DNA of 64,000 nucleotides from Catajapyx aquilonaris (taxonomy: Eukaryota), in the NCBI GenBank assembly GCA_000934665.2, contig KZ538305.1, positions 1-64,000 of the forward strand. Direction: 5' to 3'. This document shows, piece after piece, positions 26,191 through 41,400 of this stretch. Numbering within the stretch: the stretch's first letter is position 1; each line of letters begins with the position of its first letter. The notes beneath the pieces were generated by a model. That model saw only the letters and a program-made list of their open reading frames with translations. It searched no databases and was not told where the DNA came from. A program made the position numbers and the translations under genes.

Positions 26191-29100
26191 ATTTCCTTTA
26201 AAATATTTATACAGATATACTGCATATGGCCGATACACTTTGAAATCCGTAGTTTCCCGCTCTGCATGACAAAACGAGTTTGAGTTACAGAGTACGTTAG
26301 CCTACTGCAATTTTTATCTTCCCTTAGAAGTCACACTCTCCACATAATTTCATTTTTTTAAAGATAATGAATAGACTACTCGTAACTACACTACTACACG
26401 TCAGCATCATTTCATGTCATAATATGATACGTACGGTATATTTGGTTTCCACCAGTAATACGGGCGCATCGAATTTTTTAGTGAGGCTCCAATTGTGAAT
26501 GTCGCCCTGCACAGGGGGAATCTCCTCATGTAGAATTGCGCGACAATAATTCTGCAAGAAACTACGGGAAATGTATAGACTACAATCTAACATATCTTGG
26601 GGATATGTATATAGACTGTGGTAAGCTTCTTATCGTATTTACTCATCCATTCACTTGTGCAAGTAATAAAATGTCGATTTTATCCATTTTCATTATCACG
26701 TATTCAAATTATGTTTACGAATATGCTCTATTACATGCCTGTTCGTTTTCAAAAAAATCTGCATATCTTCGTCAAGGAGAGGAATAATAATTTCGTACGT
26801 GTTGTTCCTAGATTGTTGTGAAGAAATGCGAGATAATAAATTTCGAATTTTCTCGGGAAAATGCTATCAGTATGCTCTCAAAATCGATTATTATCTCTTA
26901 TTGCTTCACAGCCGTCTATAGGGACTCAACATACCAAATACAGCTAGGGGAGGACTTGTGTAGCCTGCCATAAAAATCAATGGTTGTCTCACACATTGGG
27001 AGACTCTTTTTATCTTGTGGATGCTTTTGGATATTTTAGTACTCATTATTAAATTATTATTTTGTTGTCCATCTGAGGCCGAAAATCCGGAGTGCCAGGA
27101 GGAGCAAAATAATTTTAAAATGTGAGAGTTGGAAATGTGCGTATGGATTCCTACAGTTAGATTAGCTTCAAATTAGAAGCAATTATCTCTCCCTCCCAAC
27201 CTCCCCTCCTCACAAATTGATCGAATTATATCAGTTATAATACCCATTGCCCCTGAAGTGCATGAATCTGCATTTATCTTATATCTAATCAAAACATTGC
27301 ACCAGCATGAGTTGGTTCATCAATGAATTATGACTTCCATGTACATAAATAAAAACGAGTTATAAATTACTATCATTGCTCTTCTAAATATGACCATCAA
27401 TTCGTATACTTTTGTGTCACACTTGCTAATTGTTTTTACTCTGATGAATTGTGGAGTGATGTGATGCTATTGATCTCTATTTTATAAAGTAGATGGCGCC
27501 AAAATAAAATAGTGCATTATATTTCTCCGACGAACAGTGCTGTTCCATCTGGCGTTCCTTCTTCCAACTCTTGTCGTGTGTCTGGACCCGCTGGATGGAG
27601 CAAGTTCTGTGAAACTGCTGCTGACATTTTTTTAAATACTTGTAAGAAACATAACACGAATGTACCATTTACACATGCCTTGTAATTTGCACAGTAACAC
27701 TTGTTGCAAGCGCATTTTATCACATATTGAACATTCGCACATCACAGTCCAACCGTATAATTCAACGATGACAAGTTGGCATAATCCGGCACCAAATTTG
27801 CCTGGAGGACGTTTTTCATTGTTATGGATTCGCCATCAGGGGGCCTGCGAGAACAAATAGCGTGATCGCATTTTTAAAGTGCGTTAAATGCAAAAGTAGC
27901 AATGCGGGAGGTTGCCCCCATTGCCATCTGGCGGGTGTAATCTATGGCTTGGACGCCATTCAGCCCAGGCTTGAGCGTTCAATACTCGTGGGCAGTCAGC
28001 CTGTTAGAATGGATGCAGATGCTGCAGGACCTCTCCCTAGGTCGCTCATTGACCGCATCAGGTCATTTTTGTGACATGATATTCAAGCCGATTATGCACC
28101 ATTTCATTTGGATGGAATAAGGCTCGTTGGGCAATTATTATCAGATATGTTGAAGATTGTGTTGTGCATTGTACATAGTAGTGAAATATGCAAGCACATT
28201 AATTGAGGTCGGATACTTCGTGCTAGATTTTATTTCCGCTTACCTGCTCTACCCACAGGCAGTCGACCGCATTCCAGAGTGTATATTTGCATTAAACGAT
28301 CTGCAGAGGTTACATCCGAATGTAGGCTATACTGAAGTACCAAGTGCTCTGGTAAAAACGAGCGCTTCATTTTTAAGCATCATTCATTACTACAGTATAA
28401 CCGTACGCGTTTTAAAAATTGCAAATGGAATCAATGTTACTTTGTGCATGGTGTCTGTCAGGAAGCACTTCCTGGCTGGCGAATTATTTCAGCAAAATAA
28501 TGTGAGGTTTGCACTAATACGACGACTAAATCAATCAGATCACGTTAACCGTATTGGCGGCGCAATTTGAACAAGGCCAGATGACACCCGGAATTTGTGG
28601 TGGCAGTGATCAAATCCTGCCCTGCACCAACGTGTAAAGACCACCAAATCCCAAACCGGGCCAATTTCATGGTACACGAACAATGGGAGTGTTTAATTAA
28701 CGGGATTACCCTAGGCCCAGACTTTGCCTGTAGCCTGCACCAAGAAGGGGCGTGGTCATGGTAGGGACAATTTTTTGTTGTTGGCCACGGGGCGTCAATT
28801 TCGCCTTTGTTACCACAATTAGTCGACTCGACGTAAACAACAGGAAGAACACATGTCGATTTACTGTCTTATCATAACGCCATAGAGAGGTGTAGCAAGT
28901 GGCCAAAAGTTCAGCTTGAAATAAATTTATTTGTTTGTGGCATATGACGTAATTTTTTAAATAATTTGTTAAATCAAATAATTCATTCATTGGCTATTTA
29001 TGGCACAAAAAGAATAACACTGGCTATGCCAACAACATCAGATATTTCTCACGTATTGAAGACGTTAATTAGCCTACCTTGACTCAATGTCTGTCTAGTA

Positions 29101-29689
29101 ACACACCCCACGTGTTAAAATTTCATCATCACAAGAGCCTGGAGGGTTTCTCAGAATTAGTTCATAATGCAGAATCTCAGAACTTGCATGCTCTTCTGCC
29201 TAAAATGTTTGGCAACAGTTTGCTCTTCGATCTGGTCTCACTTCCTAAGCCTCTCTGGGTGTGGCTCAATAATAACACTTCATAGTGTTCATATGGACAA
29301 TTAAATATCTCCCATTTACAATACTGACAGTATTTCCAACGTCTTTGATTTAAAAAAAATTGCAGTCCAAGACTCTGGAAGACAGCCACCAATTTTAATT
29401 GTCGATTGTGACTTTTTCCCAACGATCACTTGTGATTTTAATTTTGGGCGATGCGAGTTAAAAGCGAAATAAGTAAGAGGTTGACTGATTGCTGGTGTTT
29501 GTGTTCTGTGTTCTTGACGTCTCCATCCGGATTGCAAAGTGACATTGTATTTGCATAATTCACGTTTTTCCGTGGGAGTAAAAGGTGCAAGAAAAAGTTT
29601 CTTGAAGGTCTCCGGTCGAATAATATTCATTCCTTTTCCGAGGCCCCGATTCCCTTTCTCATTATGCATGCATGAAGTAATTTTCTCCA

Positions 29690-29900
29690 ACTCATTTCCG
29701 CTGTATCCTCTAGCTGCTCTTTTGATTTTTTTTTGTCTCCTTTTGTCACCCGCCTCTTTCCTTCCGTCCTTGTTTGTCCCCCAACATTATCCGTTTCCTA
29801 CTTTGGTTATCCAGGTCCCCAGAGTGCAGAATTACCTCGTGTCATCTGTCACCCACTGCCTATCTTCAAAATTATGTATGCATGTCTTCACATTGTCACC
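29690..29900 (-). pseudogene. Possible highly decayed LINE reverse-transcriptase remnant
   Basis: A stop-interrupted frame contains FCTLGTWITKVG, resembling the F.YLG..I motif of non-LTR RTs. The match is weak. Confidence 0.3.
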
Positions 29901-32900
29901 AACAAATATCGCTGGAAGCTTTGCAAGAATCAATTTCAAGAGTCGGCCAGGCGATTAAATACGCATAATGCACTACCGGTATATGAGAGACGAGGACACT
30001 TTTTCAGACACACTTTTGCCCTCCCGGCACTCTTTTGTCGCTTGTTGTGAAAGAAAGCGTTACGAAGCGACTGAGCCTTCTTCCATCAAACTGGTAAAAA
30101 GTTTCGTCATTAGTAGGGATTTTCCTGCATAGAGCTACAGCTTTTCTTTGGTGCTTGGAAAAAAAAAGTGTCGTCTGAAAAGGTTGACGAAGTAGGTGAG
30201 ATTCGCAAATGGTTACCTTCCAAGAAATTGAATGGGACTGCTTGTGATTTGCGTTTATTTTGAAAAAGTGTAAGCGTCCGGAATGAATTAATGCGCTCGA
30301 TCCTTTTGTTAGGACGCTATTTTTTAATATGAATGCCGGCAGTCACATGCAGTAGGACTCTATTTCCACATTCTGTTCTGCAGGGCGTTAATAAATAATA
30401 ACAACCTAGCAGGCGGCACAGTGCAATATTGATTTTAAAAGCTGCCTATCCGGCCTGGCGGGCTTGTTGTCACGAAGTTGCGAACATGCGCGCACTTGCC
30501 CGAATTTTTACTGCCACATAGGGCCATCCATCAAATTTGATCGACGTCAAAGTCGGTGTTTTTTTCTTCAAGGTTGCACTAAAACCGTCAGTGTACAGTA
30601 GACTTGACATTCATCCCACGCTTTTCAAAATTAGGATCTCCACCTCTTCCTTTTGTCAATTGACAAAGTTAAAGGCTAAAGATCAGCACACCGTGAACGA
30701 AACTTTTCTAGTGTACTGTGTAAACGTACATTGCATTCAGGATCCGGCGATGATTTTGTCTGGACCATTGTGCAAGAGTGACCTGTGGTATATGTTTGTT
30801 GGTTGGATGGAAATCTGCAACCGTGGGTTTAATGGGCGTGGAATTTTGTTCTCATCGCCATTCGTGGCCTAAGCAGGCCTTGCGGCGAAATGTTGCGCAC
30901 GTTTCAAGGCGGCGCAGCTCCTCCCGTAATCTAATTTTGTTTCTGGAACTTTTGTGACGACGGCTAAGGTTGGAATAATAATCGAGAGGACGGACGGGCC
31001 TGCTGGTTTTGCTCTGGCGCCAGGTGCTTGCTGCTGCAGCAAGGAGGAAACTTGGTCTTCCCATCATCTCACACCCTGCTATTCGATGGATGAATTCCCT
31101 ATCGCCTCCCTTTGCATCGGCGATAAATCTCTACTGACGTGACACTGACATGGTGGATTCTTTCAGTTGGATTACAATTTAACACAATTTCGTGCACAAT
31201 CCGACACTTATATCTGAGGAGCTCCCAAGAAAAATCAGCTACTGTATATCCTACCGTGGGAAAAAATTACTTTGAAATATCATATGCCATATAGGATTCG
31301 TTGTCCTCTACCTAGTACCAAAATATGGTGGAGCAGATCCATCTAGAAGTGTGTGTAAAGTGGCTCCAAATATGGGTGTCCTAAGCAAAAACAGCTAAAT
31401 CCAAGCCGTGAAATTCTTTTGTTTCATGCAAAAGCAGCTTGATCCAAGTTTGTGTGCATATCAAGCCGCTCCAATGCGACACATTTTTTTCATAATGTTA
31501 AATGTGTTACATTTAGTTTTTTTCGTATCTATATGAAACGTATACATGAGACTGTCTCATGAGTGATTGAATCAGCATTTTAACACTCTCCATATTATTG
31601 TTAAAAAATAATTTATGTGGAAAAAACACCTTATTTCAAGCAAAACCAGCTATATCCAAACTGACCTCCAAAGTGGCTCACTAACAAGCCACGATTTTCA
31701 CAACTTACATTAAAAATGCATAATAAGGCCATCTCATGAGCTACTATCAGCTACTTTCAGTTTGCAACCGTTTCCAAATGACAAGTTTTTCTCCTCTCCT
31801 GTACAGTTTCTGTATACTATACTGTATACTCTACAGTTTCCTGTACAGTTTCTTATGGACTTAGCTGCTTTTGCTTTCGAGCTCCTTCTGGTCCTTGTCT
31901 ACAAATTACGACGGTTGCAGGTTTCTGAGAGGTCACCGATAATTGCATACTTACGCATTATAAGATGTGTACTCTCAGGTTTCTGTGGCTTCAGTCCTTT
32001 GATTATGTCAGGCCCCTAATGTGTGCATGGTGGTAGAGTCCTGCTATGGTAATAAGCCAGCTTTGAAGCAGTTTTGGGAAGCTTAGTGACCTGCACGGTG
32101 GAGCATGTCACCTGTTATGGGATTATTTCCTGGCCAGCTTCTCCATCCTGCAAGCTACCTTTGGAACTGTCTGTGCCGTATCATCATAAGTGGTGCCAGA
32201 TAAATTCAGTGCTAATTTTACTTCGACCAACTTACACTAATTAGCTTTATCTTGCAGTGCAATGACATTGATGTTCTTGTTCTTGGTTAGTGTATAAGCG
32301 GTATCACTGCCAGTTTAGATCGCTTCACTAGTAATATTGCCAAGGGATATGCTTGTTATACACCGAAGCACAACTTGAGAGGAAACGCTTCGCCTCCCTA
32401 AGTGGATTCATATTTATGAATTCTGATCGTCAAAGCACACTTTATAGCTTATTTATTAGCGTTGTGAGCTCCGTATCGGTTTGTAACTACTTTTCCCCCG
32501 GAAAATCTTCGAGAGGAAAAAGTGTTGGTAGAATTAATTCCGTCGGTACGTATCTCCATCACCCCAGGCTCCCCTCATCTCCCAGATGATTCTTCGGGCA
32601 ATTAAATCGCATTAATTAAGGTGCCCTGTACCGCCTCTCTCCGGAGCGATCCTGCGCAACCACCAAGAAGTCTCCAGTTTCCTCCTCATCCCCCCTCCTC
32701 ACCCCATTTCCTCCCATCCACCCACACCCCCTGGGGATTAGTTGTTGGGCAGGTTCCAATGTTTCGAAGCATATATAGCCCTGGTTGGAAAAAAGAGAAA
32801 GAGGAACCGGAAATCCTGGGCGAAGAATAAAACCGGAGAGAATTAGCTTTGGGGGGATCCAAAGTTGGGGGCTCCCGGAAAACTTCTGGAGCTCTCTTGG

Positions 32901-35411
32901 TAGTAAAATGTTTGGCTCCTGTTATTGGAGCAGACGAATCCGGACCTGACCGCTTCCAGACAGTCGTGAGCAGAGCCTGAAATTTTTTGGCAAAGTTATG
33001 GGCCGGGATATACGCACCAGTTTGTTTACTTTTTGTCAGGGAATGTACGATATAGCGAGACACCAACGAGAGAGCTTGGATTTGTCGAAATTTGGGGTGG
33101 AAAAAAATACACTGTCATGTACCGCTATAGAATTTCGAAAGGAAGCAGCCTGCACCATCTACTGATTTCCTTCCCAACTTATATTAGCAAAACACAACTA
33201 ACAACGGGCATTTATGACTAGTTTAATTTGTATGAATTTGGACCGATGAGTAAAGGGAAGGGTTATGTAATCGCTGAAATTACCCCTCTTGGTGTCCAAG
33301 TTTGGACCCCACTTTAGTCTCCGCCCATGCCTGCGACGCGCCTTTTGCTGATCTCCAATTGATTTCATTAGTATGCCATCTTGGATGGCAGGGGAAATTT
33401 TTTTTTAAAAAAGATTTGGCATTTCATCCCACAGAGGCGGACTTTGAGTGGCGCGCAATTATGAAAAAGGCTCTCGGACACGTCTCCCGGAAATTAGTCT
33501 CTTGATGAAGGCGTCGCATCGTGTCCCCCCCTTTTTTTTGAACCATCGATTCTTGAGGGACATTGCCAATCTGCAGGGACTTTGGAACCGGTTTCTGATA
33601 ATTGGATTCACAGCAGGACCTTTCCTTTCTTCATCAAAATGTTTGAAGTATGGCGAGTAATTAAAGGGTTCGCATAACTTGATTTTTATGAAAACACTGT
33701 GGCTTATCTGCCCTTTCTGGCACGCGCAATTTAAACTTGGGAGTAGTTCAAAGCTGCGGATTTCCAGCCTGAAATGCTTAATCCAACTAGGTATGCGTAA
33801 TCTGACCCGAAACTGATGCCCACGTCAGCTCCCATGGACCTGAAGATAGCAGCTTATTTTGCACCTGGTGAATTCTTCTGGGGAATTCAGACCTTTTTTT
33901 TGTTCCTGCACGTGTTCAGTTACTCTCCGGTGGTCCTCGTGTAATTTGCTGGCTATATCGATTGCTTTGTGCGGACCGGAGAGATTGTGTTGTCCATGCT
34001 ATTCATGCAGTCTGCGGAGCTGCTGATCCTCTCGCATTGACAGATGACACACAAGGGCTCAGGTGATGGCGACCTCCGCGACCAAGTGGGAATTAGCGAG
34101 AGGGTCTTCTCGCATACATGCGGCTTTAAAATTGCAGCGGATTCGGGGCCGTCTGAATAATAGAAAAGGGACTGCAGTTTGAATTTCAAAGTTGGAGCTG
34201 AAGTTGACAGGGAATCCCGTGTAATATCCTTCAAGCTCCGTACCCTCCCAATAATGACTACCGTACATATTCAGATGGGATAGTTCGAAGAGGATCTGCA
34301 TTAAAAGTTGGATTGCTGCCGTTACTCTATAGGACGAGTGCTTGCTGCATATTATGATAACGGGAGGCACTCACTCACTTATGGGATGAAAGCTACAAAT
34401 TGACTCTTTCTGTGGGAGGAAAAGAGATGGGATCCCGGCTTGCTAATGAACGCAGAAAGGAGCGCATATATACCCGCGATGCCTGCTTTAATTAAAATTG
34501 ATATATAAAGCTTGCCAAAACCTCGTCACTAAAGAATAGTGCGGCCATTGCCCTTTTGTCTTCCGCACCAAACTCTGCAGCATATGCCGGGCCCAGATGA
34601 AGGCAATTTGAATCCAGATAATTACACTCGTTTTAACACGATTTGTCAGATGATTTAGGGGAAAAAATATGTCGAATAGTATATATATGTATCCCTTTCG
34701 AAGTGAAAGGACTATCATTATGTAGGAAGACTCTATATAAATGCCAGTTTCGCTAGTCTCATCTTCCAGCTTGCGAACCAGCAGGCGGCGGCAGAAACGG
34801 AAATCGATTCCTGAGGATCGGTTATAATTAAGTTAGCACCGAGGCAATAGTGGCCAATATCCTCTCGTTTATCCGCGTCTCGACGACAGGACCGGGGCAG
34901 GCTGGTTTAGACTTGACTGATTGATCCTCTTCCCACTTATCCCTTTCCCATTGGAAATCCAAGCTGCTGCGTTGTCCGCACCATTGATGGCGTTTTCATG
35001 CTGACGTTCCCCCATTTCAATTGGGGGAGACTCAAGATACGTAACATCATGGTCACTAACATTAGCGCTGTGAAACAGGTTTATAAAAATGCCTTTGTGC
35101 CGCCATATAAAACCCATTGAATAGCTGTCCCGTGGCGTTTTGGGGACGGTTTATGGTTCCCCGGATAGCTTGCAGGGGCGGGGGTATCTGTCGTTTCGAG
35201 GGAAATGGGTGAATTATGTTATGGGAAGGATGGGAAGATGCATGTAGGACTATGTTTCTCGTCCAACCTGATTACTTGGATTTGTAATTCATAAGTGCTG
35301 AGACGACTTCATGTCAAATCTAATCACAAACTGGCTCGTCACCAGGATCACCTTTCACACCAGACTACCCAATATATTTGTCAACCCCTATGAAGAATTG
35401 TCAAGAGTGAG

Positions 35412-35415
<4 letters not shown>

Positions 35416-35485
<70 letters not shown>
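35416..35485. repeat. (TA)n microsatellite
   Basis: About 70-bp TA run. Confidence 0.95.
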
Positions 35486-35489
<4 letters not shown>

Positions 35490-38400
35490 AAAAAGATAGC
35501 CCTACCATTTAACTTTGGATGGGACATACCGAAACTCCATTCCCCAGGACAGGATTTATGAGTCGGAGGGAAATGTGCTGCCCGGAGAAAAGTTTGGTGG
35601 GAAGCATCCAAAACGGTCCAGATTGGGATCAGTCGTAGGAGACAGAAAAAAAAGAAGAGGACCTTGTCGGTTTTAATACGAAGAAGGAGACGTGATCAAG
35701 CATGAGAGTTTGCAAGGCAGGTTCTAGTGTACCGTTAGCAAAAATTGTGTGCAACAGAGACAAAAAAGTGCAAAAAACTCCCCTTTGTCTGGCGGCTAAA
35801 ATCGATAGGTGGGGCTGCAGGCAAGGGAACCATGCAGCCAGAGAGAGAGGCAGAGACCGCTATTATTCTAGAACCAATGGCCAGTTTGGATCTCATCCCA
35901 ATGGGCCATTTTGCCTTTTCTGGAATTTTCTAACCTGGCAGAAAGGAAGGTTCCGCGAACTAAAACCGCACCCTCCGCACACCCCCCACTTTCCATTTAA
36001 TCTTTTATTCGCGAGGAACTCTCAAGATTTCCCAACGCGCGTCACTTTAGGAGCAGCCGAATGCGAATTTCCAGGAGAGATCCATCAGATTTCCGAGTAA
36101 CCAATGAGAATTATTGCAAGTGCATAGAGAGGAAGGTGTCCGGACCCAAAGTTTCGGGAGGGCACAAAGGGCAATCTTTTTATCCAATTAATCCGGGACC
36201 TTTTCCATGGCCGGTGGATTGCTATCTCCAATTAGGCGCGCCTTGATAAGAACGTCTTATTTCCTCTAATGCCAGAGTCTCGGAAGACGTCTTCATTGTA
36301 CAGGCGACCTTGGCAGTGAGATGCAGTCGGGAACAATTCGTGGCCAGGTTCTCCTGTAAATTTTAGACACATTACCCGGGAGAGTAGGAGTGGTGCACTG
36401 GCGCGAAATATTAATGTGAAGTGCACCAAGACCCACTTATAGGGCCGAGAACTTGGTGGAAAATTATGCGGATTTTATTTATGTAAAATGTATCGTAAAT
36501 ACAGCCTGAATTACACGGCTGGCTGCTTTAAATGATTACTTTCACGAACCTATTCAGAAGTAATGTTAACACCCACACTGTGCATGTTATGAGGAGATAT
36601 TCTTATGTAAATTGCTGCTTGCAGGTAACAAAGCACTGATTTACTGTACTTTCAGAGGATATGCACGCACAGGTTGGTAAAAGCTACAGTTGCATGTGGC
36701 TGAAGTACTGAACTGAAAGTGACACATGTTAACGCATTCTGAGCCGTGCAATAAATTATAGAATTATGTCCAGCCGAGCCCGACATTTTCTTGGAAGTGC
36801 ACATGGTGGAAAACTATACAGTGCCGTGGATGCTTTTATGGAGTTGATGTGTAAAAGTCATAATAGGGAGCGACCGCAATAAAGCCCGGGAAGAGTGGGA
36901 AATTTAAACTTTTATTACCTCGGAATTAGTCACGGTGTGCATTGTAGGAAGCCAGTTACTGATACCCACTTAAAATTTAGTGCGCAAAATTCTCATTAAA
37001 GGGAGGCGGAAGGGGGTTGGGGGCGCAACAAATAATTCATAGTTCTCTGCAGGTTACCTTCCTGCTTATAATTTCTTAATCAGGTTTTCTGGGCATGATC
37101 ACCTACCACCCCGACCAGACATTAATTCTGCAGCGAATACCCCCACTTTCTGTTGTCGTGAGCTCGGGTCATGATCGAGGCTTAAATGGGGCAAACAATT
37201 TACCACTAGGTAACTCTATGATCCGGAAATGACGAGCGAAAATGTATATCCGCCATGTAAAACTGTAGAAGCATATAATTAATGCCTAGAATGTACCCCC
37301 TGCGAGAAAATTCCGCTGACAAGAGCAGCCTCTTCTGAACCGCTGAAATTGCCGCAGTGCGTAGCTGGGCCAGGCGTATATCTGACGCAATTATCTCTCC
37401 CAAAACGAGGCTTTGAATTCAAGGTGAGGCCCCATTTCCACTTTTTTGTGGATAGTCGAAACCACTGGGCAGCTAGCGTCCTCCCTTTAAAATTAATCAC
37501 TGTCCCATTTAACATTTTTTTTTTCTTCAGTTCCTCGAGGGAGGTGGTATGCGAGTAGGATCGTCCCTAGTGATTGCGGGCGATGTGAGGCGACAATGAA
37601 TTTTCCTCTGGTGTTGACCCCATTTCGCAGACTATGGCGCAGAAGACGTATCCCATTGCAGTCAGACGGGAGAAATCTGGCGAGGAAAGCCAGATCCGCA
37701 CCTCACTCTTTTTCTCTCTCTCTCCCTCCCTCTCCTCTTTTCTCTCCGGAGCACTCTCTACTTCTCCGCAGTTTCCTCCAGGGAGGTCTCGTCATGACGT
37801 GAGAGACCCTGGGTGTTAACGTTTTCCTCGCCCATTCTTTTGCACCCACTGAGCCTCTCTGCCTCGAGGAAACGCGGGGGCTCCCAAGCGATACATACAT
37901 AGGGAAGAGGTGCCTCGTAGCATAATGGATGCAGAGGTGGGGAAAAGTGCATGGTTGGAACATGCGTGGCCGGGCATATAGCTTTGTTCAAATACACACA
38001 CAAAAAGTCGGTTCTGTTAGTGGCGGCGGGGTTTTGGTATGGAAATAATGATAGGGCACGCCCAAGTCTGCCTGACCAATGTTATGCTTTGAAGCCACGG
38101 TCCACAGGCATTGTCCCAGTGTGTATTAAATTTTGATAGCCTGTGATGACAGCCCTTTGTAGGTTTGGGAGTATAGGTATCTTTCCTCTCCGAAGGTGAC
38201 ACATAAGAAACACCTTCGAGTTTTGATGTGTGAGCGGGAGTGTGTATTAATGGGAACCGTTAGAACAGGGGCCATTAATGCCATTTTTCAATTTCTTCTC
38301 AAGTGTGTACATGGATGTACAGCCCACTTTGTTCCGGAGGATGGTGTGACAAAGGTGCAACCCGGACCTCGTAGCACATCCCAGACACCAGGCTAGGGAA

Positions 38401-41400
38401 AAGTGGACTTGTGGGAGCACGTAAAGTCGAGCGATAGCCAAGCATTTGTGCTAAAAGCGGTACAAGCACCCAAAGGGTAGGGGGGAGGGGAGGGGGAGAG
38501 GTTTCAGGAAATAGGGGAAGGCGCCATCATGGTGCAAAGGGAGCACCCATCTCATCATTCCTGCGGCCATTCTCGCCTCCAGACCGCCCCACCATGCCAC
38601 TAATACGTTTACTGTAATTGCCCTCGCCACTCTGGAAATGCCCTCAGAAGGCACGCCGCCATCCCTTATTCCCACTGACTTCTTCCAGAGGGAAACTGCA
38701 GCGTCACTAGGCAAATCTTCGGGAATGAACATGCTCGTTTGATGGTCCTGAGGGAGAGAAAAATTCGGATCAGAGAATGGGGACGACGTGGCAGGTCGTT
38801 TCATGCTCATTTATTGATTGCAAAGTGAAACTAATCCGGAAGTTCCAGGGCGGAGATTATGCACACCTAGGTGGATCCTGTCCGGAAGCGGGACCCTTAT
38901 TGTGCGGCGGTCCTTTATATTAGGAAAGAAGATTTTTATCTTCCCGGAGCGCGGAATTGGAGCGGAACGTTTCTGCTGTCTAGTCTTTTGTTACGGTTAT
39001 TCAATAGGGGGCCAAGATGGGGCGTCTTAACTACAGGGTTGAGTCAATTGCTTGCTTTCAGACGGTGTTGTGTCTTTTCACTTTGTAGTTTCAAGCTGTT
39101 TCCAGCTTCTTGCTAACAATGTTCGTTATGTCGGTTCGGCTACTGGCCCTGACCGTTCTGGCTGCATATATCCAATGAGCTTTCGTTTTATTTGGCCAAC
39201 CGCAGGTTTGTTGCAATCATGCAGTATTTACCATCTGACAATGGCGGCTACAAGACGCTGCTGTTAGGGGCATTATTTAACCGTCAATAGTGGAGCATGC
39301 ATGACCGAGTGTGTTAGAGTTGCTAACTAACCACATTTTGCGTCATTAAATGGGTCTTTGTGTTTCGTACTTGGCCGTACCGTTCGATAATGAGGCAATT
39401 TTTGTGCCCAATTTTCGTCGATTGAAGAGCAGCTTTGTGGCGAACGTATTTTTTTTTTCGAGGTGTACACCGCCTCTTTGTCCGCTCTAGTATAAAGTGA
39501 TTTGTATTTTTTGTGTGCAATTCCTGGCATCCAGCGGCAATGCAAACGTACGTATATATACAAATATGTTCTTGGCCCGCGGAATTTCCTGCTCAAAAGC
39601 GTGGTATGATGGCAGAAAAATTGTTGAAAAACTGGAGGGAAAAAGAGCCGCATCAGGACTTATTCGATTTGCCAGATGCCATGGCTCTGTAAGCGACACC
39701 TAATTGATCTTGGCAGCTGCGGTTCTGCAGCATTCAAGCTGTGTAGCAGGCGGCGAGCTAGAGGTGGTTTTGGGAGCCATTTGGAGCCTCTTCTTCAAGG
39801 GGGCAGCCAGACATTTGGCGGGGGAAAAAAAAACCTTTTTGGGGGGGAAAATCCCCCCACTTTCCATCATTCAGATGCAGATGAGGACCACGAAATCAGG
39901 TCGCGTCTTGTTACTCCAAATTTCGAGGGGGCATTGTGATATGTTGGCATGGTGGATGCAGGCGGATGTTATTTGCATGTACTTTGCGTAATTCCCTGCT
40001 GTAGTGTGTGAGCGGTTAATATGCCCTGGAAAGCCTGGGCTTCCTCTCGACCAACTTTTTAGCTAATCCCTCTTCCAAAATCCCAAGAAGAAGCAGATGC
40101 TTCAGGAATAATTTGGGGAGTAAACTTTGGGAAGGAAATTTTATTTTCATGCATTTCCGGCCGATGAGGGCATTTTTTCGATGGTTCGCACTCGGGCCAT
40201 TTGATTTGCAAAATAGTTTTTACAGTTTTTAAAATCGAGTGTTTCAGAAAGCTTTGTAAATATTCGGCAATCCTTTTAATTTTCGTCTGAAAATCTTGTT
40301 AGACGTCTGGAGAAGTGCCTCAAATCACACGTTGACCATCGTCTTTTGGTGGTAAAAGAATTTGGTGTCTCAGCATCGGCTCGCCTTGTAACCAATCCTG
40401 CTTTTGTCGGAGGGAACCCAAGGGCCCTTTGCTCGGAAAAAAAGAGACACTTCTCGCATTTCTTTCTCCATTCGTCACAGTCGTTTGGCCACAACAGCTG
40501 GTGCTTTTCGCCAGGATTTATCTTTGGGGAGTTGAGTTCTCTTCTCCTTTTTTGGGGGGAAGGGACCACGTTCTTTTCCCTTTCTATATGTTGCAGAGCC
40601 CCCCTCGAGGCTGAGATGGCTACTTGTCAGGTATATGTGTCGTGGGTGTGGTGTAGGGGAGAGTTTGGGTTTTCCTTACGTTTCCGGCTGGAAATGTTGT
40701 TAGAGTTAGTGGTAAAGTTCTTCTAGGATTATAGCCGACCCAAGTTGCGCTCGGTTGCTCAACTGCTGGAAAATACAGTCGAGATGCAGTTGCGACATAA
40801 GCCCGTATAGAATTTCGATGCTGCAATATGCGTAAAGAGGGTCGGGGGTTATAAAGCTGGAAGTTTACTTTCGTTTGCTCCGGTTGGGCTGCCCTGGGCA
40901 GTTGGGCACTTAGTTAAAATGGAATTATTGTGCGGCAGAATGTATCCTTGTTGCTCTGTAAACATAGTGGAATGGGTTCTCCGCTCATGGCCAACATTCA
41001 GAGATGGGCTCACCATGTAATTTGCAAAGTTAGTCAGTGCCATTTGATTTATCACTATTAATATGCCAGGTGTTATAGGCACATTCTGTGGCACAAATAC
41101 GGCTAATATGCGAACTATGTCAGGTGTTCCAGTTTCCACTTTATTTTTGTGTGTGAAGAAGAGCACAATGATTCAAAGGTACCGAGTGCATCCACCATAA
41201 ATATTTCTCTTGTACTTGGGCTTTCATCTGATTTAGATGGTTTGCGCAATATTCAGTTAGTATAACACAATCAAAATTAGATTCAGGTTCCGCCTGGCTA
41301 ATTATATTTGACCAGTGTTCAAAAGCATGTTTTCAGCCTGGTCGTGAAAGTTCCGTAATGGCGCCCCCTTTGTTTGTGTCATTTTGAAGTCTAGTTTTCT

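Noticed and set aside
27477..28074. Cys-rich short ORFs as zinc-finger or transposase remnants
   Set aside because: No complete motif or splice structure could be supported.
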